Source of the DNA: Methanobacteriota archaeon
GTDB lineage: Archaea; Thermoplasmatota; E2; DHVEG-1
Direction of reading: 5' to 3'
Assembly (NCBI GenBank): GCA_963769885.1
Contig: CAVYNH010000006.1
Location: 352,001 to 416,000, forward strand
DNA: 64,000 nucleotides
A program made the position numbers and the translations under genes. This document shows, piece by piece, positions 9,973-19,028 of the stretch; position 1 is the first letter of the stretch; every line of letters begins with the position of its first letter. The notes under the pieces were generated by a model that was not told where the DNA came from, searched no databases, and saw only the letters and a list, made by a program, of their open reading frames with translations.

Positions 9973-11265
9973 CTACATCGTCATGCCTGTCCCTCGAATG
10001 AAGAAGAGATACACGAATGCGTCTTGCTGGGCTGTGGCCGTGGAGTCCGCGATCTCAGCGGTGACGTTTATTGTGATTGGCCCATAGCCGAGGATGATGT
10101 TGGAGCTGATGATTCGCATGGCTCCCGGTTCAAGGTCCACGATTCTGCCTGAGGTCTTCCTGCCACAGAGGAGGGAGCCGTTTGAGATGGTGATTTTCCA
10201 GGCAATCCCGACGCCTGGGGCAGTCCCGTTGTTGAAGATTCTTACCTTGACCCTGAAGAGCCCGCCGGTGATGTTGCCGATCTCAAGAACCGGTTTTTCG
10301 AGGGTCATAATGCGGATGGTCTTGGGTTCCGACCAATTGCTTTCTTCTCTGTGGGGGTCTTTAGCCTTGACCGTGATGCTGTAGTTTCCCGTCGCCGTCC
10401 AGTTGTGGGTTGCGAACGCCGTCGCCCCTGATGCAACGGGACCTTGCCAGTCGCTCGTAGTCCCATCGCCCCAGTCCCAGAAATAATACAGGGGTTCCCC
10501 CTCCGGGTCTGTTGAGTTTGTTGAGAAGGTGTACTCCTGGCCGACAAGGCCTTCCGAGAACCCTGCGGGCTGCTGGGGCGTCTCCGGAGGCAGCGAAGGC
10601 TCCTCGATGCCTGCCCAGATGTTCCAGTTATAATCAAGGAAAAAAGGTCCTCCTCCTTGAATAGTCTGAAGTTCTATCCAATGCGTCCCATCGTAGATCC
10701 AGTCCCCCTTGCCGTCAACCGCAAACTGATTATCCACTCCGAGAGGGTATTCACCAGGGACCTGATTAATCTGAATAGAAACCCAGATGTCGTGTGAAGC
10801 GTTCAGCCTCACGAAATGCGAGAGCGGTATTTCCTTCCATCCCATCCCGGTGACCGTATAGGGCTCGGTTGTGATCAATGCCCCAGGCGAGGTCGGGGTG
10901 CCTTCCCCGTAAATCTTAATCATGCCAGAGTGCTGAGGGTTTGTTGTCACGTAATGGAACCATTTCACGGTACACAGCTTCCATCCGTTATACCCGCCGA
11001 GTTCGTCAGGGGTTATCCGTATCGCGCCTTCCCAGGTGCTGATAGTTGATCCGATAGCATTCGAGTTGACGCCATTATCAAAATGAATCCACATGCCGTT
11101 GAATACCGGTGCCTGGAGGGATGATCCCCTATAATCATGGCACTCGCAGAAGACTGCCGTACTTGGTTGAGAATTTGTTGCGCCGATGAGCGTTGGGAAA
11201 ACGCTTGAGATCATGAGGAAAACGCCTAATTCACACACAATTTTCGTACTGATTCTGTTCTTCAT
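9973..11265 (-). CDS. Secreted PKD-domain protein with C-terminal CARDB-like Ig domain
   Basis: Signal peptide MKNRISTKIVCELGVFLMISS; PKD motif DPEGEPLYYFWDWGDG. Confidence 0.8.
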   Translation of the reverse strand: MKNRISTKIVCELGVFLMISSVFPTLIGATNSQPSTAVFCECHDYRGSSLQAPVFNGMWIHFDNGVNSNAIGSTISTWEGAIRITPDELGGYNGWKLCTVKWFHYVTTNPQHSGMIKIYGEGTPTSPGALITTEPYTVTGMGWKEIPLSHFVRLNASHDIWVSIQINQVPGEYPLGVDNQFAVDGKGDWIYDGTHWIELQTIQGGGPFFLDYNWNIWAGIEEPSLPPETPQQPAGFSEGLVGQEYTFSTNSTDPEGEPLYYFWDWGDGTTSDWQGPVASGATAFATHNWTATGNYSITVKAKDPHREESNWSEPKTIRIMTLEKPVLEIGNITGGLFRVKVRIFNNGTAPGVGIAWKITISNGSLLCGRKTSGRIVDLEPGAMRIISSNIILGYGPITINVTAEIADSTATAQQDAFVYLFFIRGTGMTM

Positions 11266-11289
11266 TTCTTCCCCTTCTGGTCTTGTCAA

Positions 11290-11640
11290 AAGTCTTATTT
11301 AATTCCTCTAAGTCCCGCCTCCGTTAATTATTGATAATGCAGAACCCACTATTTAAAATTTATTGAATTTTTAAAATATTTTTAACAATATAATAAAGTA
11401 TAAATTGTATAATAATGGAATATAGATTGTTAATTAAAAGATAAGAAAGGAACGGAAGGCCAATTTTTCAAAATAGATTTTCGCATGATATATGATATAT
11501 AAACTTTGTTAATGCTAAGTATATAATTTATTAAACTTTACTTTACATAATATATAATTTATAAAGTAATATTCACACTAGATATATAACATAGAAAGCA
11601 ACTGCCTGAAGCCATTAAAGAAAGATTTATTATCGACCAT
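11290..11640. promoter_or_regulatory. Very AT-rich divergent promoter region
   Basis: About 350 bp almost lacking G/C, with several TATA-like boxes and repeated TATATAATTTA and ATGATATAT. Confidence 0.55.
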
Positions 11641-11667
11641 CCCCCTCCTCCATGCCAATACCTGGAG

Positions 11668-12168
11668 GTGCGGGACATCGGACTATTTAGAAAAGACCAG
11701 ATGACACTCCAACTCGAAAAATACAGCTTTTCCCCTGGTGAAATCGTCAAAGGATACGTCAAACTCAGCCTGCGCAAACCATTGCAAGGCCGCAAAATCA
11801 CCGTCTCCCTCCGCTGTACACGCATCGACACGGTCATGGTCCGCACCTACAACTCCAAGGGCGTCCCCTCGTCTCATATGGAGAAGGTCAAGACCATCTT
11901 GTATAACTTCGATCTGCCGCTCGATGAGGAGAACACCTATTTCAGCGAGATGTACCCCTTCGAGATCACGATCCCGCCGGACATCCTCAGCACCATCGAC
12001 ATCCGGCCCGCGGTTCACGAGATCAAGGTCTTCGGCCACTCCATCCCGATTTCCCCCGGTGGCGCGCCGCTCAGCACCGTCATCGAATGGGCGGTCGCCG
12101 GCCAGCTGGATGTCCCCTTGAAAATCGACGTCCGCGCCGAGCAGCAGGTCGTCCTCTCACCCCGATAA
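11668..12168 (+). CDS. Arrestin-N/SpoOM-like beta-sandwich protein
   Basis: LEKYSFSPGEIVKGYVKL...KITVSL...YPFEITIP...LDVP pattern of arrestin-clan N domains. Start is GTG 11668 or ATG 11701. Confidence 0.6.
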   Translation: MRDIGLFRKDQMTLQLEKYSFSPGEIVKGYVKLSLRKPLQGRKITVSLRCTRIDTVMVRTYNSKGVPSSHMEKVKTILYNFDLPLDEENTYFSEMYPFEITIPPDILSTIDIRPAVHEIKVFGHSIPISPGGAPLSTVIEWAVAGQLDVPLKIDVRAEQQVVLSPR

Positions 12169-12223
12169 CAACTCAAGAAGAGGCGAAACCTGTATTAACA
12201 AGTGGCCTATTACGAGACCACCC

Positions 12224-12655
12224 ATGATGAGGATCACCGCGATAAAACTAAAGACCATCGAAGCACGCCGCTACGTCGACCCTGACGAGAAGCCCCGCCA
12301 GATCCGCATCGACCACAACAGCCAGATCACCCAGGTCACCAGCACCACCGACAAGGCACTGACCCTGGAGTTCCAGTACAGCGCGAGCTACGGGCCCATC
12401 GGCATGATCAAGCTGGAAGGCAGCCTCCTCTGCGAGGAGGACGACGCCCGCAAGATCGCCAAAGAATGGATGGACACCCGCAAGATGCCGGACCAGTTCG
12501 CCAGCGCCATCCACACCGCGGTCATGCACGCCTGCGTCCCCGAAGCCGTCGGCATCGCCAAAGACCTCGGCCTGCCGCCCCCCATCCCGCTGCCGCAGGT
12601 CAAGCTCAACACCAGCACCAAACCCGGTCAGACCGGCGGCATGGAAGTCGCCTAA
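12224..12655 (+). CDS. Conserved archaeal hypothetical protein, SecB-like fold
   Basis: Four beta strands then helices, and a C-terminal LGLPPPIPLP resembling the SecB signature. Confidence 0.6.
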   Translation: MMRITAIKLKTIEARRYVDPDEKPRQIRIDHNSQITQVTSTTDKALTLEFQYSASYGPIGMIKLEGSLLCEEDDARKIAKEWMDTRKMPDQFASAIHTAVMHACVPEAVGIAKDLGLPPPIPLPQVKLNTSTKPGQTGGMEVA

Positions 12656-12718
12656 CATCCCGTCCCCCTCCGCTTTTCCCTACTTTTTAATACACCAGCC
12701 ACGATACTGCACTGGAGT

Positions 12719-13393
12719 ATGAACACGGTCGTCGCCTCCGTCGGCGGCTCCATCGTCGTCTCCGACGAGCCCAACATCCAATACCTCGGCAACCTCGCCG
12801 CCCTCCTCAAACGCGTCAGCAAATTCTGCCGCCTCTACGTCATCGTCGGCGGAGGCAAGATCGCCCGACGCTACATCACCCTCGGCCGCGACCTGGGCTT
12901 CGACGAAGACCGCCTCGACCAGCTCGGCATCGACGTCACCAGGGTCAACGCCCGCGTCATCGCCTACCTCCTCGGCACCTCCAACACCGAGATCCCCCAT
13001 ACCACCGATGAGGCCATCCGCCTCACAACCCCCATCGTGGTCATGGGAGGCACCGACCCCAAACACAGCACTGACCAAGTCGGGGCGGAGCTCGCGGAAA
13101 AGACCCATGCGGTCCGCTTCATCAACGCCACCAACGTCGACGGCATCTACGACAAAGACCCCAACAAATACCCGGACGCCCGGCAGCTCAAAGAAGTCAC
13201 GATCGACCAGCTCATCGCCCAGTACGGGACCAGCTGGGGCGCCGCAGGGAAAAACATCTTCATGGACGAGCCGGCGCTCGCCATCATCAAACGCGCCAGG
13301 ATCCCCACCCTCGTAGTCAACGGGAAGAGACTCGACCAATTCGAGAAGGCGCTGCTCGGCCAGCCTTTCGACGGCACCCGCATCCAAGTCTAA
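12719..13393 (+). CDS. pyrH: UMP kinase
   Basis: SVGGS, VGGGKIARRYI, HSTD and TNVDGIYDKDP motifs of archaeal PyrH. Confidence 0.95.
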   Translation: MNTVVASVGGSIVVSDEPNIQYLGNLAALLKRVSKFCRLYVIVGGGKIARRYITLGRDLGFDEDRLDQLGIDVTRVNARVIAYLLGTSNTEIPHTTDEAIRLTTPIVVMGGTDPKHSTDQVGAELAEKTHAVRFINATNVDGIYDKDPNKYPDARQLKEVTIDQLIAQYGTSWGAAGKNIFMDEPALAIIKRARIPTLVVNGKRLDQFEKALLGQPFDGTRIQV

Positions 13394-13412
13394 GGAGAAT
13401 CCCCGCCGATTA

Positions 13413-14600
13413 TTATTCGAAGATGTTCTTGATCATCCACTCCGGGTCGAACGGAATCTGATCCTCATAGCCCTGGCCGACGCCCACGAACAGGAGCGGC
13501 TTGCCGATTGTGTACGCAATCGACAGGCTGCTGCCGCCCTTGGCATCCGCATCCACCTTGGTGAGGATGACGCCGTCAATGCCGACGACCTCATTGAACC
13601 GCTTCGCCTGCTCCACCGCGTCGTTACCGGAGAGTGCGTCGCCGACGAAGATGATCAGGTCCGGCTTGGCGATCCGCTTGATCTTCGCCATCTCATCCAT
13701 GAGATTGGCATTCGTCTGCATCCGCCCAGCGGTATCCAGCAGCACGACGTCTTTGTGCTTCGCGGCCGCATGCTCAATCGCGTCGAACGCGACCGCCGCG
13801 GGGTCCGCCCCGGGCCCATGCTTGATGATCTTGACGCCGACGCGGTCCGCATGGATGCTCAGCTGCTCGATAGCCCCCGCGCGGAACGTGTCGCCGGCGG
13901 CCATCACGCAGGTCTTCCCCTTCTTCTGCAACAGCGCCGCCATCTTCGCGATCGACAGGGTCTTCCCCGTGCCGTTGACGCCGACGAACATGATCACGAT
14001 CGGCTTCTCATGCGTCTCCAAAAACGTGTCGAAGTTGAAGTTGTTGGACTGCAGGATATGAGCGATGGCATGCTTCAAGACGGTCTCGATGAAATCCCCG
14101 GCCTTCGTCTTATCAAACGGCAGGGTGGAGATCTCGTTGCGGATGTCTTTCTTGATTGAATCGATGACGCTATAGGCGACATCCGCCTCCAGCAGCCCCA
14201 TCTCGAGGTCCCAAAGGAGCTCATCCAGTTTCTTTTGATCGATCATCCGCGACGGCTTCTTCTCCGTCGTCACGGTCTGTTCGATGCTGCGGCGGGTGGC
14301 GACCGCGCGCTGCAGCTCGGACTCGATGCCCTCCTGAATCTGGCGGTCCTGCTGCTCCGCCCTGGTCTGCGCCGGCGGCGACGGCTCCTTCCGGAGTCGG
14401 AAGGCGCGGCGCCGGGTCGGCTCCACAGGAGCCGGCTCGGGTTGCGATACCGGCTTCGGCTCCGGTTTAACTTCGGGGGCTGGTACTGGTTCAGGCTGCA
14501 CCGCGGCTTCTTTCGTCGCGTCTTTTTTCAGCTCAGCCTCGATCTCGTCTTCAAGGTTCTTCTCAAAAATTTTGAGCTTCTTCTTCAGAAAATTGAACAT
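13413..14600 (-). CDS. ftsY: Signal recognition particle docking protein
   Basis: GVNGTGKT, DTFRAGA, DTAGR, TKVDADAKGG; charged/Pro-rich N-terminus. Confidence 0.97.
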   Translation of the reverse strand: MFNFLKKKLKIFEKNLEDEIEAELKKDATKEAAVQPEPVPAPEVKPEPKPVSQPEPAPVEPTRRRAFRLRKEPSPPAQTRAEQQDRQIQEGIESELQRAVATRRSIEQTVTTEKKPSRMIDQKKLDELLWDLEMGLLEADVAYSVIDSIKKDIRNEISTLPFDKTKAGDFIETVLKHAIAHILQSNNFNFDTFLETHEKPIVIMFVGVNGTGKTLSIAKMAALLQKKGKTCVMAAGDTFRAGAIEQLSIHADRVGVKIIKHGPGADPAAVAFDAIEHAAAKHKDVVLLDTAGRMQTNANLMDEMAKIKRIAKPDLIIFVGDALSGNDAVEQAKRFNEVVGIDGVILTKVDADAKGGSSLSIAYTIGKPLLFVGVGQGYEDQIPFDPEWMIKNIFE

Positions 14601-14634
14601 AGATACTCCGAACTCTCTCGTGAAACAGTGGGGA

Positions 14635-15054
14635 TTATTTTTGTGCGGCTTCCATCATCTGCTGGGTCTTCTGGGACAGCTCGGAGGCCTCGGTCTGCAG
14701 CCGGGACGCGAGCTGGTACACCCGCTCCTGGTTGTCCTGGATCCGCTTGATGTGCTCATCGAGCTTGGCGATCGCCTCCTGTGGCGTCTTCTCCATGACG
14801 TAGCCGGCGCCGATGCTGACCAGCGTCGCCTTGGTGTTCGTCAGGCTGCCGTTGAGGTACACGCCGCCGCCCGCCGGGATCAGAATCTCGTTCTTCCCCT
14901 CAGCCTTAGGGAGCTGGTCCACCGTCAGACGGGCACGCTGGTAGTCCGCGAGCGCGGACTGCAGCATCTGCAGCTGCAGATCGAGTGAGTCAATCTGCTG
15001 TTTGTAGTACTCGATAAGCGTCAGGTTCCGGGTGATCTCATCCTCTTGCGCCAT
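14635..15054 (-). CDS. pfdA: Prefoldin subunit alpha
   Basis: Coiled coils flanking EILIPAGGGVYL...VSIGAGYVMEK hairpins; directly upstream of ftsY. Confidence 0.92.
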   Translation of the reverse strand: MAQEDEITRNLTLIEYYKQQIDSLDLQLQMLQSALADYQRARLTVDQLPKAEGKNEILIPAGGGVYLNGSLTNTKATLVSIGAGYVMEKTPQEAIAKLDEHIKRIQDNQERVYQLASRLQTEASELSQKTQQMMEAAQK

Positions 15055-15244
15055 AGCCGCGACGCCCCCCAATCCCAGATGGCCGGGATAGTGAAAGCAC
15101 CCTCTAACCACCAACGTAGTATTAATATCTTCTCCCCTCCTGTTGATGCCGTCTCAGGGCGACCGCCGCCGGCGCACCGCCATAAAATATATAAACGCAG
15201 ATGCTGATTTTGCGGCTCGAGGAGAAACAGGAGAGAGGATACAC

Positions 15245-15316
15245 GTGGAGTTTAGTCGAGAGTTCGTAGAGAAGTTCTCTGAGATCTTCTTCTGCGAGAA
15301 TCTCAGAGACTTCTGA
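15245..15316 (+). CDS. Candidate 23-aa micro-protein MEFSREFVEKFSEIFFCENLRDF, or a structured sRNA
   Basis: Own TATATAAA (15188), SD GGAGAGAGG, GTG start and T8 terminator. The transcript folds into a long hairpin. Confidence 0.45.
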   Translation: MEFSREFVEKFSEIFFCENLRDF

Positions 15317-15394
15317 ATATTCACCCCCCTCTCTTCCCTCTTTTTTTTAGATTGCTTTAAAAAACACCCCGCCTGTACCCCAACCCGACAGGCT

Positions 15395-16024
15395 ATGCAC
15401 ATCCTCGCGGCCGCCGACATCCACGGCTCCCAACACCGCCTCAACCTCATCCTCGGCCAAATCACCAAGCAGCGGCCGGACCTCGTCATCCTCTGCGGCG
15501 ACCTCACCCAATACGGGCCAGCCGAGACCGCCACCGCCTTCCTCAACCAGATCCCTGTTCAGACGCTCGCCGTCCCCGGCAACATCGACACGCCGGACGT
15601 CGGCGACGGCATCACCCACAGCAACGCCACCAACATCGACCGCCGCCGCGTCATCATCAACGGCATCCCGTTCATCGGCCTCGGCGGACGGCCCTCCCCC
15701 AACATCGCCGCCGCCCCCATCCAGACGGGTGACGGCACAAAACCGATCGAAGAACTCCTTGATGCGTCCTCCGTCCTTGTCACGCACGTGCCGCCCTACA
15801 AGACGATGGACCGCATGGCGCTCGGACCGCACGGCGGCAACAAGGGCCTGCGGCGGCTCGTCGAGGACCGCCAGCCCCGCCTCGTCCTCTCCGGCCACAT
15901 CCACGAGGACCCTGGCATCGCCCACGTTGGCGCGACCATGGTCATAAACTGCAGCCTCGCCCGACGCTACGAAGGCGCCCTCATCGTCATCGACGACGCT
16001 GTCACCGCGACCATGCTTGACTAA
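15395..16024 (+). CDS. Calcineurin-like metallophosphoesterase
   Basis: DIHG, GDLT, PGNID, THVPP and GHIHE motifs. Confidence 0.92.
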   Translation: MHILAAADIHGSQHRLNLILGQITKQRPDLVILCGDLTQYGPAETATAFLNQIPVQTLAVPGNIDTPDVGDGITHSNATNIDRRRVIINGIPFIGLGGRPSPNIAAAPIQTGDGTKPIEELLDASSVLVTHVPPYKTMDRMALGPHGGNKGLRRLVEDRQPRLVLSGHIHEDPGIAHVGATMVINCSLARRYEGALIVIDDAVTATMLD

Positions 16025-16065
16025 GAAAACCAAAGGAAAAAGAGAGAGTGCTTCTGAGAGTTTTT

Positions 16066-17172
16066 CTATGAGGCTTGCTTGGTAGGCTGTTCAAGCCTGA
16101 TCGTCTGCGTTGGAAACGCAAGTGCGATCCCCTCCTTGCGGAAGGCCTCCAGGATCCCGAAGTTGATCTGCTCCTGCACATCCATGAACACCGTATAGTC
16201 CGCGGAATCGATGGTGTACATCCCCTCGAACACGATGCTGTAGTCCGCCAGGCTCTTCAGATGCACCCGCTGCAGCGTCGTCTTCGGACACCCCTGAATC
16301 ACCTCGGTGACGAGCTGCCGGACGCGCCGCAGCTTCTCGATCGGCGTCCCGTACTCGACCCCGAGCTTGAAGATCACCGTCCGTTTCTCCAGCCGCTTGA
16401 AGTTCTGGATGTTCTTCTCCAGGATCGCCTTGTTCGAGACGACCAGCTCCTCGCCCTGCACGGTCTTGATCCGCGTCGACCGCATGCTCACATGCGTGAC
16501 CGTCCCCCCGAACTCCCCGATCTGGATGAAATCCCCGATTTCAAACGGCTTATCGAAATAGATGAAGAACGCGCTGAACATATCCGACAAGACGTTCTGC
16601 AGCGCGAACGCGATCGCGATCCCTCCGACCCCCAACCCCAGGACCGCCCCCGTCAAGTTCACCCCACTTAGAATCAAGATCGCCATCAACGCGCCGAGGT
16701 ATACGATGAAGTGCAGCAACTTGCGGAACACCGTCATGATGTTCGCGCTCAACACCTTCCCCCGACGGCGGGCCTGACGCTCCACGTACCAGGCGATGAA
16801 CACGTTAATGATCCGCGTGAAAATGAAAGCGATCAGGAAGACCTCAAGGGCCATGAACCCAAACCCGATGAACCTCTCATACGGCATCAACGCCGTGACC
16901 TGATACACCCCGTAGTAGAACCCGACCAGCATCACCAGAAAATAGATCGGCTTCTTCACGTTCTTGATGATCTCGTCATCCAGCGTCGTCGCCGTCTTCT
17001 TCGCAAGCCTGGTCAGATACCGCTCCACGAAATGGTACACCAAGAACCCGACCAACACCGACACCGCGAAGAAGATCAACGCCGCGAGAATCTCACCAAA
17101 GATCGGATCGACAGAAATCTTACCTTCACGCAGCAGCTGGTTGATGATCTGGGACAGACTAAAGAGCTCCAT
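16066..17172 (-). CDS. mscS: Small-conductance mechanosensitive channel
   Basis: GLGVGGIAIAFALQN, DKPFEIGDFI and AFPTQT motifs. Confidence 0.93.
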   Translation of the reverse strand: MELFSLSQIINQLLREGKISVDPIFGEILAALIFFAVSVLVGFLVYHFVERYLTRLAKKTATTLDDEIIKNVKKPIYFLVMLVGFYYGVYQVTALMPYERFIGFGFMALEVFLIAFIFTRIINVFIAWYVERQARRRGKVLSANIMTVFRKLLHFIVYLGALMAILILSGVNLTGAVLGLGVGGIAIAFALQNVLSDMFSAFFIYFDKPFEIGDFIQIGEFGGTVTHVSMRSTRIKTVQGEELVVSNKAILEKNIQNFKRLEKRTVIFKLGVEYGTPIEKLRRVRQLVTEVIQGCPKTTLQRVHLKSLADYSIVFEGMYTIDSADYTVFMDVQEQINFGILEAFRKEGIALAFPTQTIRLEQPTKQAS

Positions 17173-17256
17173 AGACTGGATACCCCTCCTGCCCCAAAAG
17201 AAAAAACCCCTACATAAGCCTTTCCCGAACCACCCACAAACAAGACCAGGAAACTC

Positions 17257-18345
17257 CTACCCGATCTCCTCCAACACAATCGCCCGCTCCGGACAGACCT
17301 CCTGACAACAATAACACCGGATGCACCCTCCCAAGTCAATGGACGCCCGCCCCTCCGTGATGCGGATCACCTGCCGCGGGCAGACCCGCACGCAATCCCC
17401 ACACGCGGTACACCGCTGCATGACCCGCGGGCTCTTCGTTGGTGCAAGCCTCCCCGTCGACAGCCGCTCCGCGGTCTTCGGCAACACAAAACCATGGAAC
17501 GCCACATCTCCTGGAGACAGCAACGGATACTCGATATCCCCCGGCCATAGGCCGCGAAGCCGCGCCTGACGCAACACTGGCACGCTCACCGGCTCTACCC
17601 CCAGCATCCTGCACACCGCCAGATCCAGACTGACGACATCCCGTGACGCCATCATCACCCCCAGGTGCACCGGCGTCCCGGAACTCCCCGGCCCCTCGCC
17701 CTGCATACCCACCACTCCATCCAGAACATTCAAGGCGGGCGGCACCACGGACACCACGTCCAGCAGCATGTCCGCGAACGCGGCCCTCCGCATGTACATT
17801 GAGTGGTACCGCGGCTTCGTCAACCCAGGCACCACCCCGTACATGTTCTTGACCCCCAGCGTCAGGATCTGGAACGAATGCGTCTTGATCTTCGGCAGCG
17901 ACACAATCACATCAGCCCTCCGCACGTACGACGCGAGATTCACTGACGATAGCGCCTTCCCGCCGGGGACCGCGACTTTCTCCGACCCCGTGTCGTAATT
18001 CAGCTCGACGCCTAGCTCACGGCTCAGATCAAGCAGTCCGGCCTTTCGGTACACCCGCGTCAGCCGCCTTTTCGTGAACGGCCCTGCCGGCGAATCCCCG
18101 ATGAACGGCGTCGCCCCCGCCCGCAGCACCGCCTCCGCCACTATCCGCACCAGACGCGGGTCCGTCACGATCGCCTGGTCCGGCGTGCTCGCACTCAGCA
18201 GATTCACCTTCAACAGCACCCGCTGGCCTCTCTTCACAAACGACGAGAGCCCGCCCAGCGGATCCAGCAATCCTTCAAGGTCCACAGACTCGTACTCTGC
18301 CCTCTGGATACAGACCATGGGATTTGACGGAGACGTCGACGGCAT
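17257..18345 (-). CDS. DUF362 protein with C-terminal 2[4Fe-4S] ferredoxin domain
   Basis: LLKVNLL, LPKIKTH, GVKNMYG, GEGP; CxxCxxCxxxCP twice. Confidence 0.9.
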   Translation of the reverse strand: MPSTSPSNPMVCIQRAEYESVDLEGLLDPLGGLSSFVKRGQRVLLKVNLLSASTPDQAIVTDPRLVRIVAEAVLRAGATPFIGDSPAGPFTKRRLTRVYRKAGLLDLSRELGVELNYDTGSEKVAVPGGKALSSVNLASYVRRADVIVSLPKIKTHSFQILTLGVKNMYGVVPGLTKPRYHSMYMRRAAFADMLLDVVSVVPPALNVLDGVVGMQGEGPGSSGTPVHLGVMMASRDVVSLDLAVCRMLGVEPVSVPVLRQARLRGLWPGDIEYPLLSPGDVAFHGFVLPKTAERLSTGRLAPTKSPRVMQRCTACGDCVRVCPRQVIRITEGRASIDLGGCIRCYCCQEVCPERAIVLEEIG

Positions 18346-18423
18346 AGTCCAGCCCACAACCCTGCAACGCTCTTAAACCTATCAGTCTTCAGCCGGCCTT
18401 CGAAGGTTTTTTAGAATCCAACA

Positions 18424-18984
18424 ATGATGCAGGAGCCAAGCGTGGTATCTATGATGACCCAGACCTCCTACGAACGATTCCCCCTGCGGATTACCATCCC
18501 CGTCGTCCTCATCAACCTCCTTCTGTATGCCCTGGGTGCCTACATCCTCCTCAGGATCCATGTCGCCGCCGCCATCCTCTACCTCGGGTACTGCGCGGTC
18601 ATCCACGTCAATGTCATGCGCCGCAGCTGCCGGGCCTGCTATTACTACGGGAAGAACTGCGCCTTCGGCATAGGGGCGCTCTGCTCCCGGCTCTTCACCC
18701 GACAGGACCCCGCCGCCTTCATCAACAAGGACGTTTCCGCCCTCACCATGATCCCCGATTTCCTCGTCGTGATCTTCCCGGTCGTCGGCGGGCTCATCTC
18801 TCTCGTCTTCTCTTTTTCCTGGCTCTACCTCGGCGTCGTCCTCGCCTTCTTGTTCTTCTATCTCATCGGGACCGCAGCGGTCCGCGGCATGGCGGCCTGC
18901 AAGTACTGCCGGCAGCGCGAGCTCGGCTGCCCCGCCGCCCAGATGTTCGCGAGGAAAACCAGAGAACCCGCACCCGAGCGGTAA
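18424..18984 (+). CDS. Hypothetical membrane protein with Cys clusters
   Basis: Four TM segments; CRACYYYGKNC and CKYCRQRELGCP. Confidence 0.75.
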   Translation: MMQEPSVVSMMTQTSYERFPLRITIPVVLINLLLYALGAYILLRIHVAAAILYLGYCAVIHVNVMRRSCRACYYYGKNCAFGIGALCSRLFTRQDPAAFINKDVSALTMIPDFLVVIFPVVGGLISLVFSFSWLYLGVVLAFLFFYLIGTAAVRGMAACKYCRQRELGCPAAQMFARKTREPAPER

Positions 18985-19028
18985 AAAAACGAGGAAAGGG
19001 GGGAGTCGTTCCCCCACTGTTTCTAGGC

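Noticed and set aside
11290-11640. Replication origin
   Set aside because: No recognisable ORB boxes or adjacent cdc6/orc1; kept only as an AT-rich tract.
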